A DNA stretch of 64,000 nt from Eledone cirrhosa. Taxonomy: Eukaryota. The notes below the pieces were generated by a model. It saw only the letters and a list, made by a program, of their open reading frames with translations. It did not search any database and was not told the DNA's origin. The stretch lies in assembly GCA_964016885.1 (NCBI GenBank), contig OZ024749.1, forward strand, positions 8,308,001 through 8,372,000, read 5' to 3'. Below, in pieces: positions 13,940-27,650 of this stretch (positions are counted from its first letter, which is position 1; the number at the start of each line of letters is the position of its first letter). A program made the position numbers and the translations under genes.

Positions 13940-14580
13940 TAAATATATGCAAAAGTTCTATTTAAATATTTTTATAACTGATATAAAGCACTCGACAAGT
14001 ATTTGGAGTAAATATACGATATTAACAAATGGAAACTATATTTATAAAACCATATTTATTTCATTATACATATTTCAAGGATACCATGTTAAATTATGGT
14101 GTGCCTTCATCAGACAAAATACAATATATACCAGATTTATAAATAAACATTGACGTACCCTTTCAAAATGCAACCGTTACTTTTGGAAGACATCAGGATA
14201 GATTTATAAAACTGGTATACACGTATATTGTATTTTGTCTGATGAAGGCATACCATAATTTAACATGGTATCCTTGAAATATGTATAATTAAATAAATAT
14301 GGTTTTATAAATATAGTTTCCATTTGTTAATATCGTATATAAATATATATATATATATATACGATATTAACAAATGGAAACTATATTTATAAAACCATAT
14401 CTATTTTATTATACATATTTCAAGGATACCATGTTAAATTATGGTATGCTTTCATCAGACAAAATACAATATATACCAGTTTTATAAATAAATATTGACA
14501 TACCCTTTCAAAAAGCAACCGTTACTTTTGGAAGACATCAGGGATAGTGGATTTGTTTATCTTAGTAAGTCGTTGTGTTG
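13940..14580. mobile_element. PLE family A pseudo-LTR remnant with three arms (-,+,-), each with an HHR
   Basis: 14012-14135 is inverted relative to 14201-14340, and a third copy lies at 14360-14580. Homologous to the 3' end of the PLE at 56689. Confidence 0.85.
14231..14295 (+). ncRNA. Type I hammerhead motif, family A
   Basis: TATTTTGT-CTGATGA-AGGCATACCAT...ATGGTATCCTT-GAAA-TATGTA-TA-ATTAAATA. Confidence 0.75.
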
Positions 14581-15102
14581 TATATATATATACAGAACCT
14601 GATGTCAGTTTGACAATCGCCACCGACGAATGCGAGAAAGAAAGTTCTTCAGGGGAGTTAACCAGGAATCTTTAAAAATCTCCCCACCCAAGTTAACAAA
14701 GAACTTACTAGATCTACAAAACCAAAACCAAATTATAAAATCATAATATTATAAAATTAAATTAAACTGTTTAGCACTACAAGTGAAGTTATTCTTTTAG
14801 TTTTTCTAAATATACCTAACGGTACCAAGGATTCCATACATTATCCAATATATATATTTGTATCGAGCTGTTACGCACGTTTCACAGATGACTGGCTCAA
14901 ATTCACTGATAGAGGTTATGAACCCGACTACATCATCGACCTGCTCTTCAGACTGGCCATCCAACAAAAAAATAAAATATTCACGTAAAAGAATCTTCAT
15001 CGTTTTCGTTTTTCTCAATATACAGCCTGCCTGTGCACCGAATAGAAAAGCTGACGGCCAGTGCCGTCTGCCGGGTTCTAGCAGAAATAGTGGGGGGATA
15101 AC

Positions 15103-15140
15103 TGTTTATACATTTCGAGCCTCAGGCCCTCATCAGGACA
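15103..15140 (-). ncRNA. Minimal hammerhead motif, family K (within a probable PLE remnant at about 14590-15290)
   Basis: Reverse complement reads TGTC-CTGATGA-GGGCC tga GGCTC-GAAA-TGTA-TA-AACA. Confidence 0.7.
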
Positions 15141-15292
15141 TTGTTCGACCCCCCCCCCCCACCCCCTGCCTTCTGCTGGAACTAAAGACAGGCAAACATA
15201 GGTATAGTATTTTCGCCTGTGTAGGTAAGCTGGTTAGCTTCAGCTGCATATGAAGCTGTATATATTTAAATATACGAAATACACACGCACAC

Positions 15293-15369
<77 letters not shown>

Positions 15370-15373
<4 letters not shown>

Positions 15374-15560
15374 CAAAGGAATTGTGGTAAGGAACCAGAT
15401 TGACCATAACGCACTAGAGTACTTAATACTTAGGGTAGTAGAGTGGAAAATAGGAAAAAGTATGACCCCGACGGCAGAGCTCAAGCCGTTTCGACGGCTA
15501 TGTCCAGAAATACCCGTCGAAACGACTTGAGCTCTGCCGTCGAGGTCATACTTTTTCCTA
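15370..15560. mobile_element. PLE family B fold-back remnant in (TA)n
   Basis: Inverted arms taggaaaaagtatgaccccgacggcagagctcaagccgtttcgacgg and its reverse complement. Matches the 3' end of the PLE at 36461. Confidence 0.85.
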
Positions 15561-15886
15561 TATATATATATATATATAAAGTATCCATTATGAAGTGAAG
15601 CGTTTATATAAACATTTTCTCAACATTCTTTGAGATTATTACTGAAGAAGGATAAGTTGATATGTGGTAGGGTTGAGGAGGTGAAGGGTGAGGAGAAAGA
15701 GGAGGCGGCAGCGCAAGAAGAAGAAGAAGAAGAAGTTTGCAGCATGTGCGTTGTTTGCATTAAATATTTGAATTAAATATTAATGTAAATAAATATGGAT
15801 ATAACTTTGTTTGTCTTCTTTATCTTTCAACTGTGTGTGTGTGTATATATATATGTGTGTGTGTGTTGTGTGTGGATATATATATA

Positions 15887-15939
<53 letters not shown>

Positions 15940-16134
15940 CAATATGTTGAAAAGGTAACACACGAGAGTGAGATAGTGTGTCATCAATAAAGCAGGTAAA
16001 ACTACCAGTGTCTGGAATCTATAATCTATGGCAGGCAGGGTAGACACACAATAATTAAACATATAAATTAAAATGTATATACGCACCTATATATATATAT
16101 ATATATATATATCGATATACTCTATGACTCTATG

Positions 16135-16335
16135 TCAGGTTCATATTCAGTGGTGACAGTCAAGTTTGCAATTTCTTGACTGTCACCACTGAATCTGAAC
16201 ATGAAGATTGCGAAACCATGAAATTACTTGTTCAATTAACATTTAACATTCTACCATAATAGTTCATTATAATATCATAATTTTAACGGATTGTAAATAA
16301 AACGAGTAAATCAGACAAAGTTGGAATTCCTTTTA

Positions 16336-16340
<5 letters not shown>
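16135..16340 (+). mobile_element. PLE family C pseudo-LTR remnant with a 5' hairpin and a degenerate HHR
   Basis: Matches 35075-35192; inverted arms ttcagtggtgacagtcaag / cttgactgtcaccactgaa. Confidence 0.85.
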
Positions 16341-16372
<32 letters not shown>

Positions 16373-16622
16373 GAGAGGTATAGAGATTGTTTTAGCAAGA
16401 AGCTAACGGCATTCTATAACATATATGCGACTATAACGTCAAGATGGGAAAAGTAGTTAACGAAAGATTTAGGAAAAATAACTCAAACTCATCTCAAAAG
16501 AGAATCAGGATATAAATTCATCCACAGAATTTAGTAAAATCCAGGGAAAAATCTATAGACCTTTAACTCATGATAAAATAAAGTTTGAAACACTTATCCT
16601 TCAATTTGGAATAACATCAAAT

Positions 16623-16704
16623 GCTCTGTATAGTCTTAAAAGACTATTTCATGAAAACTTTCAGTGGAGATGGTCATGGTTGGAATTTCATTCATCAGCA
16701 GAGC
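16623..16704 (-). ncRNA. Complete type I hammerhead ribozyme, family J copy 1
   Basis: Reverse complement reads GCTCTG-CTGATGA-ATGAAA...TTTCAT-GAAA-TAGTCT ttta AGACTA-TA-CAGAGC. All three stems are at least 6 bp; AUA cleavage triplet. Confidence 0.88.
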
Positions 16705-17251
16705 TCAACAGAAACCAGGGCTCTCACAGTAGTATAATCCGAAAAAGGGAATTCTAAAACTGGCTAGTTCGCCTTCATGTGTATTTATGAAAAAGCACAT
16801 GAGGAAAAAACGGGGCTAGTGATGTCAGGATGGAAGTGAATGTTTATTTACAAGAAATAACAGTCAAATACATTCTGAAAAAAACTCTACAAAGGAGTTC
16901 AGCAAAATAGCAATAATTATCACAGTTTTTATGAAAAAAACCGGGATTAGTCACAGATAGTTTAAGCACTCTAGGAAAAGAATCCGAGTATAAATATAAA
17001 TGAGAGGTATAGAGATTGTTTTAGCAAGAAGCTAACGGCATTCTATAACATATATGCGACTATAACGTCAAGATGGGAAAAGTAGTTAACGAAAGATTTA
17101 GGAAAAATAACTCAAACTCATCTCAAAAGAGAATCAGGATATAAATTCATCCACAGAATTTAGTAAAATCCAGGAAAAAATCTATAGACCTTTAACTCAT
17201 GATAAAATAAAGTTTGAAACACTTATCCTTCAATTTGGAATAACATCAAAT

Positions 17252-17332
17252 GCTCTGTATAGTCTTAAAAGACTATTTCATGAAAACTTTTAGTGGGGAT
17301 GGTCACGGTTGGATTTCATTCATCAGCAGAAC
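17252..17332 (-). ncRNA. Complete type I hammerhead ribozyme, family J copy 2
   Basis: Same fold. Stem I is GTTCTG/CAGAGC (U-G wobble) and the other differences fall in the stem II loop. Confidence 0.88.
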
Positions 17333-17380
17333 TCAACAGAAGCCAGGGCTCTCACAGTAGTATAAATATTTATATATATA

Positions 17381-17421
<41 letters not shown>

Positions 17422-17448
17422 TTATATATATATATATTTATATATATA

Positions 17449-17543
<95 letters not shown>

Positions 17544-17574
17544 TTATATATATATATATTTATATATATATATT

Positions 17575-17605
<31 letters not shown>

Positions 17606-17606
<1 letters not shown>

Positions 17607-17797
17607 ACGAATGAGGTGTGGTAAGGAACTAGATTGACCATAACGCACCAGAGTACTCAATACTTAAAGTAGTAGAGTGGGTAATAGGAAAAAGTTTAAC
17701 CCCGACGGCAGTGCTCAAGCCGTTTCAACGGCTATTTCTGGAGTCCAGAAATAGCCGTCGAAACGGCTAGAGCTCTGCCGTCGGGGTTAAACTTTTT

Positions 17798-17801
<4 letters not shown>
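17606..17801. mobile_element. PLE family B fold-back remnant
   Basis: Hairpin centred at tctggagtccaga (about 17742), with (TA)n flanks. Confidence 0.85.
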
Positions 17802-17870
<69 letters not shown>

Positions 17871-17923
17871 CAAAATTCTTTGATATATCCTTCCTTCTAG
17901 TTCTTACAATTATCTTTCTCTCC

Positions 17924-17924
<1 letters not shown>

Positions 17925-17963
<39 letters not shown>

Positions 17964-17975
17964 GTCACTCTCTCA

Positions 17976-18007
<32 letters not shown>

Positions 18008-18035
18008 GTCTCTCTCTCTATATGTCACTCTCTCA

Positions 18036-18067
<32 letters not shown>

Positions 18068-18185
18068 GTATGTCACTCTCTCTCTCTATATATATGTATA
18101 TATATATGTCACTCTCTCACTCTCTCTCTCTATATATATATGTCACTCTCTCTCTCTCTCTCTTTCTCTCTATATATATATGTCA

Positions 18186-18223
<38 letters not shown>

Positions 18224-18235
18224 GTCACTCTCTCA

Positions 18236-18267
<32 letters not shown>

Positions 18268-18279
18268 GTCACTCTCTCA

Positions 18280-18315
<36 letters not shown>

Positions 18316-18357
18316 GTCACTCTCTCACTCTCTCTCTCTATATATATATATATGTCA

Positions 18358-18391
<34 letters not shown>

Positions 18392-18437
18392 GTCACTCTC
18401 TCTCTCTCTCTATATATATATATATGTCACTCTCTCA

Positions 18438-18469
<32 letters not shown>

Positions 18470-18481
18470 GTCACTCTCTCA

Positions 18482-18519
<38 letters not shown>

Positions 18520-18523
18520 GTCA

Positions 18524-18557
<34 letters not shown>

Positions 18558-18561
18558 GTCA

Positions 18562-18593
<32 letters not shown>

Positions 18594-18673
18594 GTCACTC
18601 TCTCACTCTCTCTCTCTATATATATATATATGTCACTCTCTCACTCTCTCTCTCTATATATATATATATGTCA

Positions 18674-18705
<32 letters not shown>

Positions 18706-18709
18706 GTCA

Positions 18710-18745
<36 letters not shown>

Positions 18746-18753
18746 GTATGTCA

Positions 18754-18787
<34 letters not shown>

Positions 18788-18970
18788 GTCACTCTCTCAC
18801 TCTCTCTCTATATATATATATATATGTCACTCTCTCTCTCTCTATATATATATTTATATATATGTCACTCTCTCTCTCTCTCTCTCTATATATATACATA
18901 TATATATATATATGTCACTCTCTCACTCTCTCTCTCTCTATATATATATATATATGTCACTCTCTCTCTT
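17925..18970. repeat. Compound satellite [(TA)n-TGTCAC-(TC)n], about 30 units
   Basis: Invariant TGTCAC spacer between variable TA and TC runs. Confidence 0.92.
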
Positions 18971-19334
18971 TCTATCTCTCCCACTTTTCTTCTCACTGCT
19001 CTCGGCGGAGTCAAACTGTTAATTTCAATGGTGAGTTATTTTAATTAAGACAGTTAATTTGCTTCCTTCATTTAGGTTCATTAACGAGTTAAGTCTATTA
19101 TAATTGGACCCGGAGAATTTCCAAGAATATTCTGGAAAGACATTGCAGGGTAATGCAGTTGAATTTCCAGTGAAGAAAATTACGTAATTCTTCTGGATAT
19201 TAAAAATATCCATATAATTCCTTCTATCAGAAACAACGGATCGATTCCATAGTAATGGATGTGTTGTAGGCAGTGATGGTGGTGAAGGTAATGTAGTGAT
19301 GGTGTTGGGATTGATTATCACAGTTCTTATATAT

Positions 19335-19545
19335 ATATATATATAAATGTAAGTATGTATGTATACGTACATACATATATGTATACAGACGTACAATAGT
19401 ATGTATATATATGCATACATGCACACATATATATATGCACGTATCGGTTTACCGAACGTTTATTATAATGCTCGGTTTGTTTGTTTGTAAACAAGCAAAC
19501 AGCCCATACATACTTATATTTAAGTAACTGCCGTACTATTCTATT
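19335..19545. mobile_element. Family G remnant (inverted arm plus short forward arm)
   Basis: 19335-19495 is the reverse complement of 28075-28225; 19505-19538 matches 27778-27809 forward. Confidence 0.7.
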
Positions 19546-19582
19546 CTATATACATATATATATATATTATATTCCACATATA

Positions 19583-19671
<89 letters not shown>

Positions 19672-19677
<6 letters not shown>

Positions 19678-19829
19678 ATACTTCGGGAGGGTCATGTTGT
19701 TGTAATAATATTGCCAGAAATAATAACAGAACACACTCACTGTTTGGTTGGTTTTTGCTTCTGTATCTTTTTTATCTCCATTGTTAATTCATTTGGCAAT
19801 CAATGTTTATCAATGATATATATATAGTT

Positions 19830-19830
<1 letters not shown>
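19672..19830 (-). mobile_element. PLE family E-related pseudo-LTR end
   Basis: ttgttatactt.gggagggt...aataacagaacacactcactgtttggttgg is shared with 63455 and partly with 46272. Confidence 0.7.
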
Positions 19831-19867
<37 letters not shown>

Positions 19868-19873
<6 letters not shown>

Positions 19874-20300
19874 ATATTAATAAATGGAAACTATATTTCT
19901 AAAACCATAATTATTTTATTATATATATTTCAAGGGCGACAAAGGTAAATTATGGTGCGCTTTCATCAGATAAAATACAGATTTGTTTTATAAATAAATA
20001 TGGATATACCCGGAAAAAAGACAACCTCAACGGTTGAAATTTGCTGGATAGCGAATTTCAACCGTTGAGGTTTTCTTTTTTCCGGGTATATCCATATTTA
20101 TTTATAAAACAAATCTGTATTTTATCTGATGAAAGCGCACCATAATTTACCTTTGTCGCCCTTGAAATATATATAATAAAATAATTATGGTTTTATTAAT
20201 ATATTGTATATTTACTCCACTTAACTGTTGAGTGCTTTATATCAGTTATAAAAATGTTTAAGCTTGTTGAATCCCAACAAATTAAATATAACCTCTGCAT
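19868..20300. mobile_element. PLE family A fold-back (about 170-bp near-perfect inverted arms, apex near 20050); HHR at 20118-20183 (+) and its antisense copy
   Basis: TATTTTAT-CTGATGA...GAAA-TATATA-TA-ATAAAATA gives a perfect 8-bp stem I. Confidence 0.85.
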
Positions 20301-20319
20301 ATATATATATATATATATT

Positions 20320-21050
<731 letters not shown>

Positions 21051-21155
21051 TATATATGCCTGAGAGAGAGAGAGAGAGAGAGTCCCGGATTCAGTCGGGA
21101 GTAATCACAGTTAGTAAGGTACTCAATACATTAGTAGAGTGTAAGCATGAAGTTT

Positions 21156-21701
21156 AATATAGAAATGGCTTCGGAAGGACTAGAGTTGTATCATTCAACA
21201 GAAATCATAAGCAAAGCCGAGTGTACTTGTAAAACTGTTGTATTTATATGTTGGTTGGGGAAGGTGGGGTTTCGAGAAATGGGTGGATGTCATTGGTCAA
21301 GGAATTTTAGGGAACAAGGATTCTTTCAAAAAACTATTTTTAGATATATACAAAATAATACAAGGACACATAAACGGAAAGGTTCACATTCACATTCACG
21401 TACACACACACACACACACACATACACAAACACACACGCACACACACACCCACGCGCACAGACACACACACACATACATGAGCGTCCACACTATTGAAGG
21501 GTTCATTCATCTTAAGCATATATATATAAATAGTTTTTTTTTAAGAATCTCTGTTCTTTAATATCCTTGTTCAATGACCTCCACCTATCCCCGAAACCTC
21601 CACCAGAAAACATAAGTACGTACAACTGTTTTACAACGATAGCCAGCTTTCCTGGTGGTCTTTTTTTAATGAAATAGTTCTAGTCCTGCAGAAGAGATTT
21701 A

Positions 21702-21707
<6 letters not shown>
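21156..21707. mobile_element. Old MITE-like element with about 190-bp degenerate terminal inverted repeats
   Basis: Complementary blocks: aggactaga/tctagtcct, ttgtaaaac.gttgta/tacaac.gttttacaa, ggtttcg/cgaaacc, gtcattg/caatgac, gattctt/aagaatc, aaaaaactattt/aaatagtttttt. Confidence 0.7.
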
Positions 21708-21757
<50 letters not shown>

Positions 21758-22384
21758 ATTAAATTTGTCACGAATATAGATAACAACTCAATGAAAAGAA
21801 ATCGCTAGAAATATCTCATTCAGAGAAGCAAATACATATAGAACATCTTATACAAATCACTGAGAGGTAGATGACAATACAGTATTCTAAAAAGAACACT
21901 TCACACACTTCTTTCTCTATGGCTATATACTTTTAAGCATGCAAAAAGGGTTCTTCTAGCTCTAGGTTGCTTCGCTCAGACTATGTCCCTAGGGAAAGAT
22001 GCGTGTGATGTGTTGTTTTTAAATTCCTTTATTGGTATCTACCGCTCAGTGATTTGAATAAAATGTTCTCTCTCTATATATACATATATATATGTGTGTG
22101 TGCGTGTGTATGTATGTGTGAAGGTAGATAAGGTGTTGTTTATGTATATCAGGAATCAATGCTTAAACAAGAAAGCTGCTTCTTTTTTTACGATATTGTT
22201 AATGCATTTATTTTGCAAGCGGAACACTTGTCTACTTTCAAACAGTTAAATTCTTTGAAAACAACTCTTTGATGGAGAGACATCAAAAGAAATGTATATG
22301 TGGACTAAACAATACACAGGAGAATACATAGAAATTATGAAATCAAACACAAAAATCAAATCTCAACAAAATACAGTTTAAATG

Positions 22385-24720
22385 TTAGAACCGAAAGTAA
22401 AAAGAATACCAATACAATACTGGTAATGAAAGGGTTAAGTAATCACATTGATGGCCTCCCCCAGCCCCGGCGGACAGAATGGGAAAGGTGTTTCCCCGGA
22501 GGATGGTAAGGGAGATGCGCTGGATGAGCCATTCCAACTTGCGAGGCTCACACAAGCATCTGGCTAGCTGGGCACATATGGTGGTGAGCAGGGAGGTAGC
22601 CCTAGGGCCGAGGACACAAGTCTCCACTGCCAAGGGTACAACCGCAAACCTGTCGGACATCGCCGGTATTTGGAGAGTTTGGCCTCCTCAGCCGGACGTG
22701 CAGCAGAACCTGGGTTAGTCGCAGACTGCACCAGGTTGCGGCTGGAGAAAGTGTCGCTGCAGGTGGCATCCCAGATGAGGGGTCTGCCACCGCGGAACGG
22801 GAAGATGGTCATACTGTCTGGCCTTTTGTCGTCCCCTCGGTCCAGTCACACTTGCTCAAGCTGGGAAGGGAAGCCTCCACGCATCCACGCCATGCTTTAT
22901 GACCTCGTCGAGGGCAGCATGGCGTGGAAGGCGGCCGGAACTGTGGCGACAGGAAAGCGGGGGGAGGCCTAGAGAGTCCACAGCGAGATCCGGAGGCCAA
23001 ACCTCAAGGAAACGCCGATGCGCAGGCTATTGTTATCCAGCTGCGTGACAGTGGAGAAGAAGGGCAAGGCAGGTAATGCTCGAGCTGGCGCGTGAGCCTG
23101 TCTGAGGCCAGGCTGTACTGGCTGTCATCTCAAATGCTTTGCGGAGATTTGACGTCAGAAGGGGAAGATGGAGGAGAGACGTCTACTGGGCTAAGGTATG
23201 AGGTTACCGACGAAAGAAACGCCTGCAAAGACCGGAAGATCGGGGACCGGAGACCAAGGCCGCCATATCTGACAGGTAAAGTGGCCTGTTGCCATCCAAT
23301 TTCGTCAAACCTGACGTTGCATATCTCCTCGGCTGCCGCTCGGATACAAGTATCGAGGTCAGCGATGAGAGATACGTGGGTGTAGCACAGAGCGCTGCTA
23401 AGTGTATAGAGGTGGCGAAGCAGTTCCACAACAGAAACAGAGCTGGGTGGCAGTCGATCAAGCCCAGTCGGCTCGTGAAGGTCAGGAGTTGTTGGAAACT
23501 GGATCTGATGGTGTAGCGGAGGGCCGGCGTGTGGATCGGTGACCCGAGGATGAGGACATCCTCTTGGTGGGTCACCTGTACCTGATGGAGAATGGACCGC
23601 ACGTCCGAGACGGAGGCTGCAAAGCTTTCAGCATTGTGGATGACATTCACCACCTTCGACTTGGACGAGTTGACCTGGAGACCGATTCCCACCAGGGCAG
23701 GAAACACCGATTGTAGGTCATGGAAAACAGTCTCTACGGGCCCGCCCTACGTAGCATCATCCAGATAACAAACGTTGATAGGGGCCGTGATACTCCGGGC
23801 AGTGTGGTCTATACCAAGGGCAAACAAGAGTGGGCACAAAGGGTCACTCTGTTGAATCCCAATGGCCGAAGGTATGACCGTATCAACAGCAAGGAGTATG
23901 CTCGGGGCTCCATACGACAGGTAGGCCAGCGGCTAGGCAGAGGGGTTTCGGCTGAGGCAGGCATCGAACAGATAGTCCCGGCATATGCAGTTAAAGGCAT
24001 TCCTCATGTCAAGTTTGACAATGAGGTGCCTGGAGTCCCTGGATGCCGGTTCCGGTGGACAGCTGTTGGAGAACTGCCTAGTAGCATGTGCGGTCCCCTC
24101 AGCCACCGGTCACACTGGAACCCAGCTGCACAGTACTGAACTCCTCACCCAGTTCAGGTATTATGGACCTGCAGACCACCTTGGCAGCCAGCCTCCCGGA
24201 AGACATGGCCCACAGCGATGGGGCGTATGCCACCCTCATTCTTCCTGAGAGTAGTCAGGCTAGCCGAAAAAAAGAGACCTCGGGCGTGAGGGTCCAGGGT
24301 GCCATGGATAAGCCTATTGGTGAGTACCACAATTGCACTCAGAAGGCGGCGTCCGACCTAATTGAAGAGGGGGATAGCAACTCCTTGGGGTGGCCTGATC
24401 GGAGAACATCAGCACCTCCGCTGCTGCTAGCTGGGAAGGACTTGAGGCGAACATGATGTCTACGTCGGAAGCTACAAGGAGCAAATGGGGTATGGGTCTG
24501 AGATCAGCGGGTGGCTCAGGGTGCTTGAGTCGCAGGGCGGCAAGGAACACCTCGGTGGGTCGGATGACAGAGTCCTCTGAGGCAACCACTCTGACTGCGG
24601 TCGAGACATCAGCCATGATTAATTTGGCGTTTACGCAGTCACGCAAATGCTTGGCGCTGGCCTCAGGGGTGGAGGATTGGGGGCACCTTTGACACTGCTT
24701 ACCCGAGAGTTTGAATCGAT
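22385..24720 (-). mobile_element. CRE-clade non-LTR retrotransposon (RT + restriction-like endonuclease), frameshifted
   Basis: RT motifs LDMRNAFN (near 24000) and YLDDAT (near 23760); GWQQATLPVRYGGLGLR; RLE DGMT..PF..GRPLIWDATC..KY..PLAVET..QRIS..ILRGN. Confidence 0.88.
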
Positions 24721-24754
24721 GGAATCCTTTGAATCATATAGCATAAACATACAA

Positions 24755-24925
24755 TTATAATTGCTTCTACTTTTGGCACAAGGCCAGCAATTACCCAGTG
24801 TATTACTGGTACTTATGTAATAATTGTTTCTACTTTTGGCACAAGGCCAGCAGTTACCCAGTGTATTACTGGTACTTATGTAATAATTGTTTCTACTTTT
24901 TGGCACAAGGCCAGCAATTACCCAC
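24755..24925 (-). repeat. Three tandem about 59-bp copies of the S1 SINE 3' end
   Basis: ttctacttttggcacaaggccagcaattaccca occurs three times. Confidence 0.85.
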
Positions 24926-25022
24926 TACATATACAATTATAATAGACACAGAAAAATATATGTTAAAGCAAATAAATTCATAATTACTTTTCTTGGCGCA
25001 ACCTGAGAGAGAGAGAGAGAGA

Positions 25023-25276
25023 GGGACACACTGGAAGAGGGAGACTGAGGTTAGCTGGACATGCTCACCGACATCCAGAGTGGACATTGCACTCAGTGCC
25101 CCTGTGGGAGGCCCTACATGGACACACTGGAAGAGAAAGACCAAGGTTAACGTATGTTGATGCCCTAAGGACAACAGACACTGGTCTGTTGTAAACGCAG
25201 GACATGGCAGCGATAATGAGGGACAGAGACCGCTGAAGATAACTCGTCCATGGATCTCGGGAATTTTACCCGCCCT

Positions 25277-25278
<2 letters not shown>
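25023..25278 (+). mobile_element. RTE/RTEX LINE 3' fragment
   Basis: Reverse-complement match to 20335-20570. Confidence 0.85.
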
Positions 25279-25317
<39 letters not shown>

Positions 25318-25339
25318 TATAATACACAAAACGCCAGCA

Positions 25340-25693
<354 letters not shown>

Positions 25694-25700
25694 TATATAT

Positions 25701-25781
<81 letters not shown>

Positions 25782-25938
25782 TATATATATAAACACACAC
25801 ACACACATATATATACATATACACACACACACACACACACATATATACACACACACACACACATATATACGCACACACACACACACACACATATATATAC
25901 ACACACACATATATATACACACACACACACACATATAT

Positions 25939-25999
<61 letters not shown>

Positions 26000-26019
26000 T
26001 ACGCACACATATATATATA

Positions 26020-26236
26020 TAGTAATAATAATAAATTTGAAGACTAAAATCCAAAGAGGGCTCGATAAGGATAAATATATATCAAATATATAAGAACCGT
26101 AGAGCAAATATTTATTAAAATAACAGATTAAAGTTTAAGCAAAGAATCGGTGCTTTCACCCTTAACGGGATCTTCTGAAACTGAAAGGGTGAAAGCAGCG
26201 ATTCTGTGCTTAAACTTTAATCTGTTATTTTAATAT
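26020..26236. mobile_element. Fold-back remnant, family H
   Basis: Arms tattaaaataacagattaaagtttaagca..gaatcg.tgctttcaccctt and aagggtgaaagca.cgattc.gtgcttaaactttaatctgttattttaata, with TA flanks. Confidence 0.7.
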
Positions 26237-26245
26237 ATATATATA

Positions 26246-26353
26246 GCTGAGTGGTTAGAGAATTGGATTCGCAATCGCAAGGTTGTGAGCTCGATTCCTG
26301 GACCAGGCGATGCGTTATGTCCTTGAGCAAGATACTTTATTTCACGTTGCTCC
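26246..26353 (+). mobile_element. CORE-type SINE S2 5' fragment
   Basis: gctgagtggttagag...gagctcgattcc...ccttgagcaagatactttatttcacgttgctcc. Confidence 0.75.
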
Positions 26354-27380
26354 TTCTACCTGGAGTTGCGACCGATAGATAGTATTAGCAATTGAAAAGA
26401 CCAACGGAAACATTGTTCCCTCGGTCCGATTTGACGAAAGTCGATCGTTCCCAAAATATATATATATATATATATATTCTTACATGAATATATATTAGGC
26501 TTCTACATAAACTGGAAACATTCTCCCAAACTTGTAGAAAACTTATAATGAAACAATTGTTTGGAAAGAGGATATACTTTAACTTTAATTATATCTCATA
26601 AAATAATACAACTGGTTTTTCCACATTATACATATTGTTAGCACCCCAAACACTTAAATTGGGTTTATATTTTGATATAACCTAATGTTTGTTGAGTGAG
26701 ATGGTTACCAGTCAGAGTTTAGCTTTAAACTATCTCTGTTATTGTATTAATTATATGTATATATATATACACACACATACATATATAATTGACTGGTACT
26801 ATATATATACTGGTTTGCCTGCTCAATAAAAATAGAAACGAATGGCACAGAACTCGATGGTCATCAGCTGTTGAGATAGACTTGGGCAGTTTTGACCCCT
26901 ACCAACGATACTGTTGGTCCATCCGGAGTCACAGCGTCTGATATAAGCCAAACGCTGATTGACTGGAACTTTACTTTATCGACCACAAAAGACTTAAAGG
27001 GTAAGGTGACGTTGGAATGGTTTTAAATCTGATTGTAGCAGGGAGAGCCTCGTCTCTTGAACCTCTGAGACGAGAGTGGAGCATTCATATTGTCACTTCT
27101 GTAAAGTTTTCGTAAATGTAAATCACAGCAGAATGTGTGGGAAAGCGACATGTAATTTATCATTGGAAGTTAGTGCCTTCTGTTTGGTAATATGTATTGT
27201 TGTCAGTTGTGAAAGCAAGAGGGAAACAACAATATCATTGGCTGCACAGATATGTTGAGATACGTGGCATGAGTAATGTTTCTTTGATATTTTAGTAATT
27301 TGATATACCACCATTAACTTCATCTTGAATCTAGTTTCATTTCGTTAACTTAACATGAGAAACTGAAACGCACACACACG

Positions 27381-27477
<97 letters not shown>

Positions 27478-27650
27478 ACACACAAAACCACACACACATG
27501 TACACACTTACTCATTCATCGCTCTCTCACTGTCTCCTTTGTTATATCTTTATATCTGTATCTTTATGGCGAGAGTCTATCTACTTTCTAAGTACTACAT
27601 ATATATCATTGTTTTAAGTTATCTCTCTCTCTTTCTATATATATATATAT

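Larger units (their letters stand above)
16369..17365 (-). mobile_element. ORF-less partial tandem (629-bp period, about 1.6 units) with two hammerheads, family J (retrozyme-like or mini-PLE)
   Basis: 16371-16737 is repeated at 17000-17365, with (TA)n on both flanks. Confidence 0.8.

Noticed and set aside
26140-26205. Hammerheads in families H (here) and I (30400-30490)
   Set aside because: The cores are non-canonical (CAGAAGA; TTGACGA/GATA) and there is no convincing stem I, so they were not counted.
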